Source: an uncultured Dehalococcoidia bacterium
GTDB lineage: Bacteria; Chloroflexota; Dehalococcoidia; DSTF01; JACRBR01
NCBI GenBank assembly: GCA_964371355.1
Contig: CAYJMG010000004.1
Coordinates: forward strand, 62,041-126,040
Length of the DNA stretch: 64,000 nt
Direction of reading: 5' to 3'
In this document: positions 42,482 to 50,860 of the stretch, one piece after another
Numbering within the stretch: position 1 is the stretch's first letter
How the letters are laid out: each line of letters begins with the position of its first letter
Program-made: the position numbers and the translations under genes
Notes under the pieces: model-generated
Told to the model about the DNA's origin: nothing
What the model saw: only the letters and a program-made list of their open reading frames with translations
Databases searched by the model: none

Positions 42482-43824
42482 GCTCGGCCTCCCTCGTGCG
42501 CGGCCGGTCTCCGCGGCGACTCTTCGAAGGACGACTGTGCCGCAAATTCGGCCGCGGTGACGGCCGGCAGCGACGGCACGTCGATGCCGGGGTAGAACCG
42601 CGGTCGCGTCGGGAAGCGCTGGAACTTCGGGGCGAAGAACTTCACGAAGCCGACGATGAGGGCGGCCGTGAGCGCGCCATTCACGGCGATGAACAGCGGG
42701 ATCCAGAACGCGGCGCTCCAGCCGCTCTCCTCCCACACCAGCACCTCGGCGGCGACGACGACGACGTTGATGATGGCCATCGGCGTCAGCCACTTCCAGG
42801 CGAAATTGAGGAGCTGGTCGATACGGAAGCGGGGCAGCGTGCCGCGGGTCCAGACGAAGAGGAAGTAGACGGTGTACACCTTGCCGATGAAGAGCATCCA
42901 GCCGGGGATGAGTTCGTCGAGCTTGTAGGTCCACCAGCCGCCGAGGAAGAGCGTGGCGATGATGGCGGAGACAGAGACGGCGTTGATCAGCTCGGCGGCA
43001 TAGAACAGGCCGAACTTCATGCCCGAGTACTCCGTGTGGTAGCCGCCGACGATCTCGGACTCGGCCTCGGCGATGTCGGCGGGTGTGCGATTGAGTTCAG
43101 CGGAGATGGCGAAGAAGTAGATGAGGAAAGCGAGGGGCTGGAGCATGACCATGAAGGCCCAGTTCTCCTCCTGGAAGAGGACGATGCCCTGCAGGTTCAT
43201 GGTGCCGGCGAACAGCACGACACCGAGCAGCCCGGCGACGATGGGGATCTCGTACGACACGAGCATGGCGATGACGCGCATCGCGCCGAAGAGCGAGTAC
43301 TTGTTGTTGCTGCTGTACCCCGCCATGAAGACGGAGAGCACGGCGAGGGACGACATGCCGAGGATGTACAACAGGCCGACGTCAAGGCTGGCGAGCACCA
43401 TGTGGCGGCCCCAGGGGACGACGGCGAAGACGGCGATGCCCGGCACAGTGAAGGCGATCGGTGCGACGGTGTAAATGAAGCCGGGTGCGGAGGCGGGCTG
43501 CAGCACTTCCTTCTGCATGAGCTTGATGGCGTCGGCGACGGGCTGCAGGAGGCCGAAAGGGCCGAGACGGTTGGGTCCCAGGCGCGACTGCATGCGGCCG
43601 ACGACGCGGCGCTCGACCCAGATGTTGATGATGGCAACGCCGCCGACGAAGGCGACAATGCCGATGGTGCCGAGCAAGCCGGAGATGACGTAGATCGACC
43701 AGTCCGGGAACCCCCAGTCCTCCAGGCGGCCGTAGATCATCCGCGTGAAATTCGAGAGGTCGCGCGCGTCCCACCAGTAGCCCGTGATCAAGTCCTGGAG
43801 CAAGCTCATCGGGAAGAGCGTCAT
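42478..43824 (-). CDS. nuoH: NADH-quinone oxidoreductase subunit H
   Basis: ERRVVGRMQSRLGPNR, QPVADAIKL, EAESEIVGGYHTEYSG, TLPRFRIDQL. Confidence 0.96.
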   Translation of the reverse strand: MTLFPMSLLQDLITGYWWDARDLSNFTRMIYGRLEDWGFPDWSIYVISGLLGTIGIVAFVGGVAIINIWVERRVVGRMQSRLGPNRLGPFGLLQPVADAIKLMQKEVLQPASAPGFIYTVAPIAFTVPGIAVFAVVPWGRHMVLASLDVGLLYILGMSSLAVLSVFMAGYSSNNKYSLFGAMRVIAMLVSYEIPIVAGLLGVVLFAGTMNLQGIVLFQEENWAFMVMLQPLAFLIYFFAISAELNRTPADIAEAESEIVGGYHTEYSGMKFGLFYAAELINAVSVSAIIATLFLGGWWTYKLDELIPGWMLFIGKVYTVYFLFVWTRGTLPRFRIDQLLNFAWKWLTPMAIINVVVVAAEVLVWEESGWSAAFWIPLFIAVNGALTAALIVGFVKFFAPKFQRFPTRPRFYPGIDVPSLPAVTAAEFAAQSSFEESPRRPAAHEGGRA

Positions 43825-44927
43825 CGGTCCAGCTCCCCCACGTTGATATCGATGCTGCCCAGCGTGACGATGGCGTCCGCGATGGTCTGGCCGACGGTCA
43901 TCTCGCGCAGGACGCTGAGGTTGATGAGCGAAGGCGCACGCACGTGCCAGCGGTAGGGGGCGGGGCCACCATCGCTGACGACGTAGAAGCCCAACTCGCC
44001 CTTCGGCGACTCCACGCGCGAGTACGCCTCGCCGGCGGGCGGGCGGAGGGCGAGGGGCACGTCGACCTTATGTGGGCCATCGGGAAGCTCGCCGACGGCC
44101 TGGCGGATGATGCGCAGACTCTGCTTCATCTCCTCGATCCGGATGGTCATGCGGTCGTACGCGTCGCCGTTGTAGCCGACGGGGATGTCGAACTTCATGC
44201 GGTCATACACGCAGTAGGGGTCCGCCTTGCGGATATCCCAGGCGATGCCGGTGCTGCGCAGCACGGGCCCGCTGAGCGAGGCGTTGATCGCGACCTCCGG
44301 TGTCACGACGCCCACGTCGCGGGCGCGCATCATGATGATCTCGTTGCCGACGATCAGCTCCTCGTACTCCTCGAATGCCTTCGGCAGCTCGTCGTTCACC
44401 AGCTTGTCGAGAGCGGGGAGGAACTCGTCGGGGATATCGAAGGCGACACCGCCGATCCGCATGTAGTTGGTGGTGAGGCGGGCGCCACAGGTCATTTCGA
44501 AGAGGTCGAGGACGCGCTCGCGGTCGCGGAAGCACCACATGACGGGGGTCTGCCAGGCGCCGCAGTCATTGATGAAGGCGCCCGTGGCCATGCAGTGGCT
44601 GGCGACGCGCTGGAGTTCGTTGAAGATGACGCGGAGATACTGGGCGCGTTCCGGCACCTCGATGCCTGCGAGCTTCTCGACCGAGAGACAGTAGCCCAGA
44701 TTGCCTGCCATGGCGGCGAGGTAGTCCATGCGGTCGGTGAACGGGATGTTCTGAGTGTACGTGCGCTCCTCGGCCAGCTTCTCCATGCTGCGGTGGAGGT
44801 AGCCGACGACCATCTTCACGTCGACGATGCGTTCGCCGTCGATCTTCGCGACCATGCGGAACACGCCGTGCGTGGACGGGTGCTGCGGTCCGATGTTGAC
44901 TTCGACGGGCTCTGACTTGATAGGCAT
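43821..44927 (-). CDS. nuoD: NADH-quinone oxidoreductase subunit D
   Basis: NIGPQHPSTHGV, GYLHRSMEK, DRMDY, ESPKGE, GELDR; no NiFe CxxC motifs. Confidence 0.95.
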   Translation of the reverse strand: MPIKSEPVEVNIGPQHPSTHGVFRMVAKIDGERIVDVKMVVGYLHRSMEKLAEERTYTQNIPFTDRMDYLAAMAGNLGYCLSVEKLAGIEVPERAQYLRVIFNELQRVASHCMATGAFINDCGAWQTPVMWCFRDRERVLDLFEMTCGARLTTNYMRIGGVAFDIPDEFLPALDKLVNDELPKAFEEYEELIVGNEIIMMRARDVGVVTPEVAINASLSGPVLRSTGIAWDIRKADPYCVYDRMKFDIPVGYNGDAYDRMTIRIEEMKQSLRIIRQAVGELPDGPHKVDVPLALRPPAGEAYSRVESPKGELGFYVVSDGGPAPYRWHVRAPSLINLSVLREMTVGQTIADAIVTLGSIDINVGELDR

Positions 44928-44935
44928 CGTCGGGG

Positions 44936-44972
44936 CCCTCACCCCGGCCCCACTCCCGGAACGGGAGAGGGC
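44936..44972 (+). repeat. CCCTCACCCC...GGGAGAGGG-type palindromic intergenic repeat
   Basis: ccctcaccccggccccactcccggaacgggagagggc in the nuoC-nuoD spacer. Confidence 0.55.
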
Positions 44973-44983
44973 GTGCGCGTGTC

Positions 44984-45535
44984 TTACTGGCCGGTGCCCG
45001 CGTGCTTCGGGCGGAACTCCTGGCCGGTCTGGCCGGGCACCTGCTCCGGGAACTGGCTGAGGCCGGGCTTGCGTCCCCCGGGGAGCGCCATGAAGTCCTT
45101 GCGCAGCGGATGTCCGGGGAAGGAGTCCCACAGAAACAGCCGCGTGAGCTCGGGATGGCCCTCGAACCGGACGCCCATCAGGTCGTAGACCTCGCGCTCC
45201 TGGAGCAGCGCGCCGGACCAGAGCGGCGAGATGGACGGGATGACGGGCTGGTCGCGATCGCAGGGCACTTTGACCTCGAAGAGGTGGTTCTGAGCGAGCG
45301 ACGCGAAGTGGTAGACCATGTCGATACGCGTGATCATGTCGACGCTGCAAAGCTGGGTGAGGAACTTGCCGTCGAGCTGCTCGTCGTCCCGGATGACGCG
45401 CATCGCCTCGAACATGCGGGCGGGAGCGAGCGTAACGTAGCCATCGGCGACCGACTGGACGGCGTCGGGCAGCGTCGCGCGGATGCGATCGGCGACCTCG
45501 GGCCCGGGCAGGGTGACCGTCTTCGGGTGCGGCAT
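44984..45535 (-). CDS. nuoC: NADH-quinone oxidoreductase subunit C
   Basis: EREVYDLMGVRFEGHP, FPGHPLRKDF. Confidence 0.94.
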   Translation of the reverse strand: MPHPKTVTLPGPEVADRIRATLPDAVQSVADGYVTLAPARMFEAMRVIRDDEQLDGKFLTQLCSVDMITRIDMVYHFASLAQNHLFEVKVPCDRDQPVIPSISPLWSGALLQEREVYDLMGVRFEGHPELTRLFLWDSFPGHPLRKDFMALPGGRKPGLSQFPEQVPGQTGQEFRPKHAGTGQ

Positions 45536-45906
45536 CAGAGCCACTCCATGGCGCGCTTCCGCCACGCGTACGCATAACCGACGAAGAGGATGGCGATGAA
45601 GATGAGGGCCTCCACGAAGGCGTACAGACCGAGCTGGCGGTAGGCGACGGCCCACGGGTACAGGAAGACGGCTTCGACGTCGAAGACGACGAAGAGCAGG
45701 CCGAACAGGTAGTAGCGCACGTTGTAGCGGACGTGGGCGTCGCCGATGGGCACCATGCCGCACTCGTAAACGGACTCCTTGATGGGGTCGGGCTTGCTTG
45801 GGCGGAGCTTGAACACGCCGAGCGCAACCGAGGCCACGATCGGGATGAGCGGGAAGATGACGGCAAAGACGAGGAGGAAGCCGGCCCGTCCGAACTGGTC
45901 GATCAC
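45535..45906 (-). CDS. nuoA: NADH-quinone oxidoreductase subunit A
   Basis: YECG, RYYLFGLLFVVFDVEAVFLYPWA; GTG start with GAGG RBS. Confidence 0.95.
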   Translation of the reverse strand: MIDQFGRAGFLLVFAVIFPLIPIVASVALGVFKLRPSKPDPIKESVYECGMVPIGDAHVRYNVRYYLFGLLFVVFDVEAVFLYPWAVAYRQLGLYAFVEALIFIAILFVGYAYAWRKRAMEWL

Positions 45907-46221
45907 TGGCGCCTCGCGACATGGGCGGGACGCCGTCCCGCGTCCACGTCCATACTCCGGAACCGGGTGAGGACGGGCCGGAGCACCGATCCGGCGGCCA
46001 TCCGGTGCGCAGCCGAAGCTAGAAGCCGGGCCCGAGGCATGCTGGCCGAAGCTGCGCCCAAACTTTGTGAATTCTGGCGCGAAGCCTATCACAGCTATAG
46101 CACCCGAACAATGGAGCGGGAAAGCGAGGGAAGGTCGCGGCTTCGATGCGGATTCCGGCGCGCGCCAATCCGGGAAACGGGGTGTCAGACCAAGAACGTC
46201 CCCTTAGAGGCCATTGCGCCC

Positions 46222-46248
46222 TCAAGTGAGGGGAAACCCTGCCGATTC
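46222..46248 (+). promoter_or_regulatory. sigma-28 (FliA/WhiG)-type promoter
   Basis: TCAA-N15-GCCGATTC versus consensus TAAA-N15-GCCGATAA, exact 15-nt spacing. Confidence 0.65.
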
Positions 46249-46286
46249 TCCAGATAGCAGAAGGAAGCCTATCTGGAGGTAACGCA

Positions 46287-46376
46287 ATGTCCCGCTTCAT
46301 CCCTGCCGCTCTCGTCGCCGCGAACTTCGTGGCCGTCACCGCCCTCGCGGTGGCACCGTGGATCTGGGGCCGGTAA
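46287..46376 (+). CDS. 29-aa hydrophobic peptide MSRFIPAALVAANFVAVTALAVAPWIWGR (not in ORF track)
   Basis: GGAGGT 6 nt before the ATG, almost all codons G/C-ending, TAA stop, terminator immediately downstream. Confidence 0.8.
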   Translation: MSRFIPAALVAANFVAVTALAVAPWIWGR

Positions 46377-46396
46377 CCAGACCGGTCCAAGCAGCG

Positions 46397-46421
46397 GGCC
46401 GCCCATGGGGGCGGCCTTTTT
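46397..46421 (+). terminator. intrinsic terminator after the peptide gene
   Basis: GGCCGCCC-atgg-GGGCGGCC-TTTTT. Confidence 0.85.
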
Positions 46422-46466
46422 GCTCTCCGGCGGCAACCGCGAGCCGCCGATACTCCACTGATTCGC

Positions 46467-47042
46467 ATGGACATGACCCGCCGGCTGGGCGCCATTCACA
46501 CACACAGGGGAGCAGCCAGCGCCACATTTGCGCTGACGCTGCTGGCCGTGCAGTTCGCCGCGCTCCGCTTCGCGCCGTCGGAGATCCTGGTGCGGGTCAT
46601 CCTGCCCGCGACGATCATCGCCGTCCCGCTAGCGCTGTGGGTCTACCGGGACCGGATCGGCGTGTGGGTGATGTACGTCGGCCTCGCCGCCAACCTCGCG
46701 CCGATACTCGCAAACGGCGGGCTGATGCCCATCCACTACGACACAGTGGTAAGCGCGATCGGTGAGGAACGAGCCGCGCGGTACACGCCCGGCGAATGGG
46801 TCGCGGGCTCCAAGGACGTGCTCGTAGCCGAGGACGAAGGCCGCCTGATGGAACTGGGCGACCAGATCATCATCCGTACGGCGAGCGGCGGCATGGTGGC
46901 CAGCCCGGGAGACGTCGTGGTGTGGTGCGGGCTGCTGATCCTCACGGCGGAGGCTTCGATCGCCTGGCAGCGTCGCCAGCGGGCCGAGCGCGCCGTTATG
47001 TCGCGGCCGCACCAAGCAGCGGAGGGGGGCGCAGCCACATAG
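46467..47042 (+). CDS. DUF5317-like membrane protein
   Basis: About 4 TM helices with N...ILANGGLMP, LGD.I and SPGDV motifs recognised as DUF5317; start may be 46473. Confidence 0.75.
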   Translation: MDMTRRLGAIHTHRGAASATFALTLLAVQFAALRFAPSEILVRVILPATIIAVPLALWVYRDRIGVWVMYVGLAANLAPILANGGLMPIHYDTVVSAIGEERAARYTPGEWVAGSKDVLVAEDEGRLMELGDQIIIRTASGGMVASPGDVVVWCGLLILTAEASIAWQRRQRAERAVMSRPHQAAEGGAAT

Positions 47043-47193
47043 ACGTGGCACGCGCCGCCCCGCCACCCGGCGCCTGCGATAGCGAGGGCAACAACTTTCG
47101 CAGACCCCGACTATCCCATCGTACGGCGGCATTCTCACGAGGTTCTCGCCAGAAAACCGCGACCGCAGATTCGTCAGAAGTGCCGGAACACGC

Positions 47194-47220
47194 GAAAAGC
47201 CCGGGGGTACCGGGCTTTTC
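47194..47220. terminator. bidirectional intrinsic terminator
   Basis: GAAAAGCCCGG-gggta-CCGGGCTTTTC between convergent genes. Confidence 0.8.
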
Positions 47221-47252
47221 TGTGATGTCAAGAGGGCGTTCCTGAGCTGATC

Positions 47253-47537
<285 letters not shown>

Positions 47538-47747
47538 GTGAGAGGTCTCCTTCGAATCCCGGCGGGAGAATCCTCGCCCGCCCCGTACTCCAACGAATCC
47601 GGCGTATTGTAGATTCGAGGTAACGGCTACGGAAGGGGTTTTGTGCTGTCCTTACTGCAATTATGGACCGCGTAACAGGCTGATAGCAACCGCCCGGCGG
47701 CGAGCGTCGGCCAGGTGCAAGAAGCGGCACGACAACTGCGATGGGCG

Positions 47748-48938
47748 CTACTTCGAGGCCAGGCGGTGGCGGTCGAGGAAGCTCTGGATGCGGTCCATGG
47801 CCTCGACGAGCAAGTCGTAGTTCTGCGCGTAACAGATGCGCACGTGACCGGCGCCCGCCTCGCCGAACGCGGAGCCCGGGATGACGGCCACACGCTCCTC
47901 CATCAGCAGGCGTTCGGCGAACGACTCGTCGTTCATGCCCGAGCTGCCGACCTGGGGGAAGGCGTAGAACGCGCCGTGCGGGTCGGCGCATGGCAAGCCC
48001 ATCGCGTTCAGGCGGTTCACGACCATGCGGCGGCGGCGGTCGTACTCCGCGACCATGCCGCGCACGTCTTCCTCGCCGGCGTTCAGCGCCTGCAAGGCCG
48101 CGAACTGCGCGGGGGTGGGCGCGGACATCATGACGTACTGGTGGACCTTCATCATCGCTTCTGTCAGCTCGCTGCGCGCGCAGGTGTACGCGAGACGCCA
48201 GCCGGTCATCGCGTACGCCTTCGAGAAACCGCCGAGGAGGATCGTGCGCTCCTTCATGCCGGGCAGGGTGGCGAAGCACACGTGCTCGGTGTCGTAGACG
48301 AGGCGATCGTAGATCTCGTCGGAGATGACGAAGAGGTCGTGTTTGTCGGCGATCGCGGCGACCGCCTGCGCGGTCTCACGCGTCATGACCGCGCCCGTGG
48401 GGTTGGCGGGATAGCCGAAGAGGATCGCCTTGGTGCGCGGCGTGATGCGGCTCTCCAGCTCGGCGGGGTGGAGCTGGAAGCCGTCGGCGGAGCGCGTGGG
48501 GACCTGGATGTAGACGCCACCGCCCAGCAGCACGGCTGGGAGGTACGCGACGTAGCCGGGATCGGGGCTCAGCACCTCGTCACCGGGATCAAGAATGGCC
48601 TCGAGGGCGATCTGGAGCGCCTCGCTGACGCCGGCGGTGACGATGATCTCGGTGCCGGCGTCGTAGCGGACGCCATAGAGGCGGTTGAGATGGCGAGAGA
48701 TGGCGGCGCGGAGCTCGACGAGGCCGTAGTTGGAGGTGTAGTAGGTCTCGCCATCTTCGATGCTCTTGATGGCGGCCTGGCGGATGTGATTCGGGGTTAC
48801 GAAGTCGGGCTGGCCGACTCCGAGGGAGATGACGCCCTCCATGCTGGCGAGGAGGTCGAAGAAGCGCCGGATGCCCGATGAGGGGATAGCCTGGACATGC
48901 TGGGAGATGTTGCCGCGATGGGTTACGCCGTCGGTCAT
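47748..48938 (-). CDS. class I/II PLP-dependent aminotransferase
   Basis: SLGVGQPDF, PANPTG, SDEIY, GFSKAYAMTGWRL. Confidence 0.94.
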   Translation of the reverse strand: MTDGVTHRGNISQHVQAIPSSGIRRFFDLLASMEGVISLGVGQPDFVTPNHIRQAAIKSIEDGETYYTSNYGLVELRAAISRHLNRLYGVRYDAGTEIIVTAGVSEALQIALEAILDPGDEVLSPDPGYVAYLPAVLLGGGVYIQVPTRSADGFQLHPAELESRITPRTKAILFGYPANPTGAVMTRETAQAVAAIADKHDLFVISDEIYDRLVYDTEHVCFATLPGMKERTILLGGFSKAYAMTGWRLAYTCARSELTEAMMKVHQYVMMSAPTPAQFAALQALNAGEEDVRGMVAEYDRRRRMVVNRLNAMGLPCADPHGAFYAFPQVGSSGMNDESFAERLLMEERVAVIPGSAFGEAGAGHVRICYAQNYDLLVEAMDRIQSFLDRHRLASK

Positions 48939-49252
48939 GGGATGCCCGCGCCCGGCGGGGCTTCGCTCCTCTTCCGTGATCCCGGCGGAGCGCCTCCAAC
49001 AGCGCCCGCGTCGGCGACACCCGACCAGAGATCGAGGTCGGGCACATAGTACAACAACCAGGAACTGCCATCGGCAAGCCGGACCCGGAAGCCCATCCGC
49101 TCTTCTTCGCGCCACTGCGCCTCGAGGGCGCTGACGTCGACGCGCGCACCGTCACGCTCGATCCAGAGTGGGCGCTCGGGATGGGACGCGCCGGCGTACG
49201 CTCCGACGTTGACGGCAAACGCCCTCAGCCCCGCCTCTTCTTCACGATCCAT
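48935..49252 (-). CDS. small hypothetical beta-rich protein (DUF6504-like)
   Basis: AYAG...PERP...QWRE...FRVRLADG...LYY...W; overlaps both neighbours. Confidence 0.65.
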   Translation of the reverse strand: MDREEEAGLRAFAVNVGAYAGASHPERPLWIERDGARVDVSALEAQWREEERMGFRVRLADGSSWLLYYVPDLDLWSGVADAGAVGGAPPGSRKRSEAPPGAGIP

Positions 49253-49535
49253 TGCGGAGCGTGTACGCGCCGTCGCCGCCCGAGATATCGACGACGTCAC
49301 CCTTCCGGAACTTGAGTTTTCGCGCGAAATGGCCGGCCTCGAGGTGGTAGTGCTGGTGCTTCGGCGCGAGGCACTCGCAGTCCTCCGCAACGATGCGCGT
49401 GGCGTACGCGGTGCGGCCGACGCGCACTTCGAACTCCGTCATGGGCGCCGGAAAGTCACGCCAGCGATCCTTGGTGACGAGGATCGAGGCAGTGTCCGCG
49501 TCCTCGCTAGAGAGCTTGCGCCTGTAGGGCTTCAT
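49242..49535 (-). CDS. small hypothetical protein, B3/pseudobarrel-like with CxC..HxH
   Basis: GGAGG RBS and TATACT upstream; RKLSSED..ILVTK..FP..CEC..HQH..GDVV. Confidence 0.65.
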   Translation of the reverse strand: MKPYRRKLSSEDADTASILVTKDRWRDFPAPMTEFEVRVGRTAYATRIVAEDCECLAPKHQHYHLEAGHFARKLKFRKGDVVDISGGDGAYTLRNGS

Positions 49536-49596
49536 CGCCGTCCTCCCGGCGTGCGGGGGTCCACGGCGCAGTATACGCAGCGGATTCGGAGAAGAA

Positions 49597-49634
49597 GGGA
49601 ACAGGGCGTCCCGCATGGACGTCCTGTTCCCTAC
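49597..49634 (-). terminator. hairpin after the lipoprotein pair (begins GTAG on minus strand)
   Basis: GGGAACAGGACGTCC...GGACGCCCTGTTCCC followed by TTCTTCT on minus strand. Confidence 0.6.
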
Positions 49635-49665
49635 TCGCGCGTGATGAGCGCACGCTGCGTCCCGG

Positions 49666-50199
49666 TCAGGGGACGGCGACGACCCAGATGCCGCTGCCCA
49701 GGTTGTTGCCCTTGGCGTCGCCGGGCTGCACGTCGAGGTTATAGCGATACAGCGGGCGGCCGTTGTAGGTCACCTGCGTGGAGCCGTTGTCCTCGCGCGT
49801 GATCGTGCCCAGCACACCGGTGAGGCCTTCGGGGCCCGTGGGCGACCCACTCTCGATGATCAGAGGCGGCCAGATGCCGGAGCAGCTCCGCAGGCAGACG
49901 CTGCGGGCGTCGGGGTCGTTGGCGGATGTATAGAGGGTGCGTCCCTCAGGGTCGGTCAGAAAGGGACCGGTGGACGACGTGGAGATGAGGACGGTGGTCG
50001 TGCCCGAGGCGACAGTGACGCCGGCCAGCGGCGTGATGCCGGCCTCGCGCGTCGAGATGCCCGACGCGGTCTGCGTCTGGCTCTCGGGCGGGACGGTCGG
50101 CAGACCGCCGTCGCCATCGTCGCTGCAGGCGGCGGACAGGAGAGCGAGGCCCATGACCGTGGCAGCCGCGAGCGCGGCGAAACGCACCCTCATCCGCAT
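49666..50199 (-). CDS. COG4315/Lipoprotein_15 secreted-repeat lipoprotein
   Basis: LSAAC lipobox, GRTLY...C...C..WPP, QVTYNGRPLY...D..PGD..G. Confidence 0.88.
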   Translation of the reverse strand: MRMRVRFAALAAATVMGLALLSAACSDDGDGGLPTVPPESQTQTASGISTREAGITPLAGVTVASGTTTVLISTSSTGPFLTDPEGRTLYTSANDPDARSVCLRSCSGIWPPLIIESGSPTGPEGLTGVLGTITREDNGSTQVTYNGRPLYRYNLDVQPGDAKGNNLGSGIWVVAVP

Positions 50200-50226
50200 G
50201 TTGTCGTAGCTCCTTCGTTGCCGTAG

Positions 50227-50775
50227 TTACGGCTGAGCCAGGCTCCAGTTCGGGATGTCTTTCCCGTTCGTGTCGCCCGGCGCCTGGTCGTTCGCGAAGA
50301 AGTACAGGGGCAGACCGTTATACGTTACCTGCGCCGTCCCGTCATCGCGCGTAATCGTACCAAGTTCGCCGGTGACGCCCGCGCCGGGCGTCAAGGGGCC
50401 ATCCGCCGTGAGGGGCGGCCAGTTCGACGCGCAGCCGCCGCTGCAGGCGCTGGCGCCGCTGCCGGAGCTGTCGTTGGCGAAGAGATAGAGCGAGAAGCCG
50501 CGGGCATCCACGAGGCCGGCATCGCCGGCCGACACCGTCGCGCCGGCTGTTGCCGTCTCGCCGGCAGTCGTCGGCTCGGCAGTCGCGGCCTCGGTCGGTT
50601 GCGCAACGGCCGTGGTCGGCGTGGAGGCCGGGGCGGTCGCAGCGGGCGTGTTTGCGGTCTGTGTGGGGGATTCGTCGCCGTCGTCATCGTCGCCGCAGGC
50701 GGCGGTGAAGGCGATCAGCGCGAAACCCGCGAGCGTGACGGCGGCGATGCGTGCGATGGCGGACGATCGGGACAT
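50227..50775 (-). CDS. COG4315/Lipoprotein_15 secreted-repeat lipoprotein (paralog)
   Basis: TAAC lipobox, GFSLYLFAND, CSGGCASNWPP, QVTYNGLPLYFFANDQAPGD. Confidence 0.88.
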   Translation of the reverse strand: MSRSSAIARIAAVTLAGFALIAFTAACGDDDDGDESPTQTANTPAATAPASTPTTAVAQPTEAATAEPTTAGETATAGATVSAGDAGLVDARGFSLYLFANDSSGSGASACSGGCASNWPPLTADGPLTPGAGVTGELGTITRDDGTAQVTYNGLPLYFFANDQAPGDTNGKDIPNWSLAQP

Positions 50776-50819
50776 GACATGCTCCTTGTCAGTTCAAGCG
50801 AAACTCACAACATGAGCGA

Positions 50820-50846
50820 TACGCGCGAAGAGCGAGTGCGGATTGG
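50820..50846 (-). promoter_or_regulatory. ECF sigma (SigK-like) promoter
   Basis: CCAATCC-N16-CGTA on minus strand upstream of the lipoprotein pair. Confidence 0.5.
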
Positions 50847-50860
50847 TGGAGATACGGCGA

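Noticed and set aside
43821-44927. Group 4 [NiFe]-hydrogenase large subunit instead of NuoD
   Set aside because: No N- or C-terminal CxxC; it has the NuoD motifs DRMDY and GELDR
46287-46421. Trp attenuator leader (two Trp codons plus terminator)
   Set aside because: The downstream gene is not a Trp biosynthesis or transport gene, the Trp codons are not adjacent, and the peptide has a signal-like hydrophobic core; disfavoured but not formally excluded
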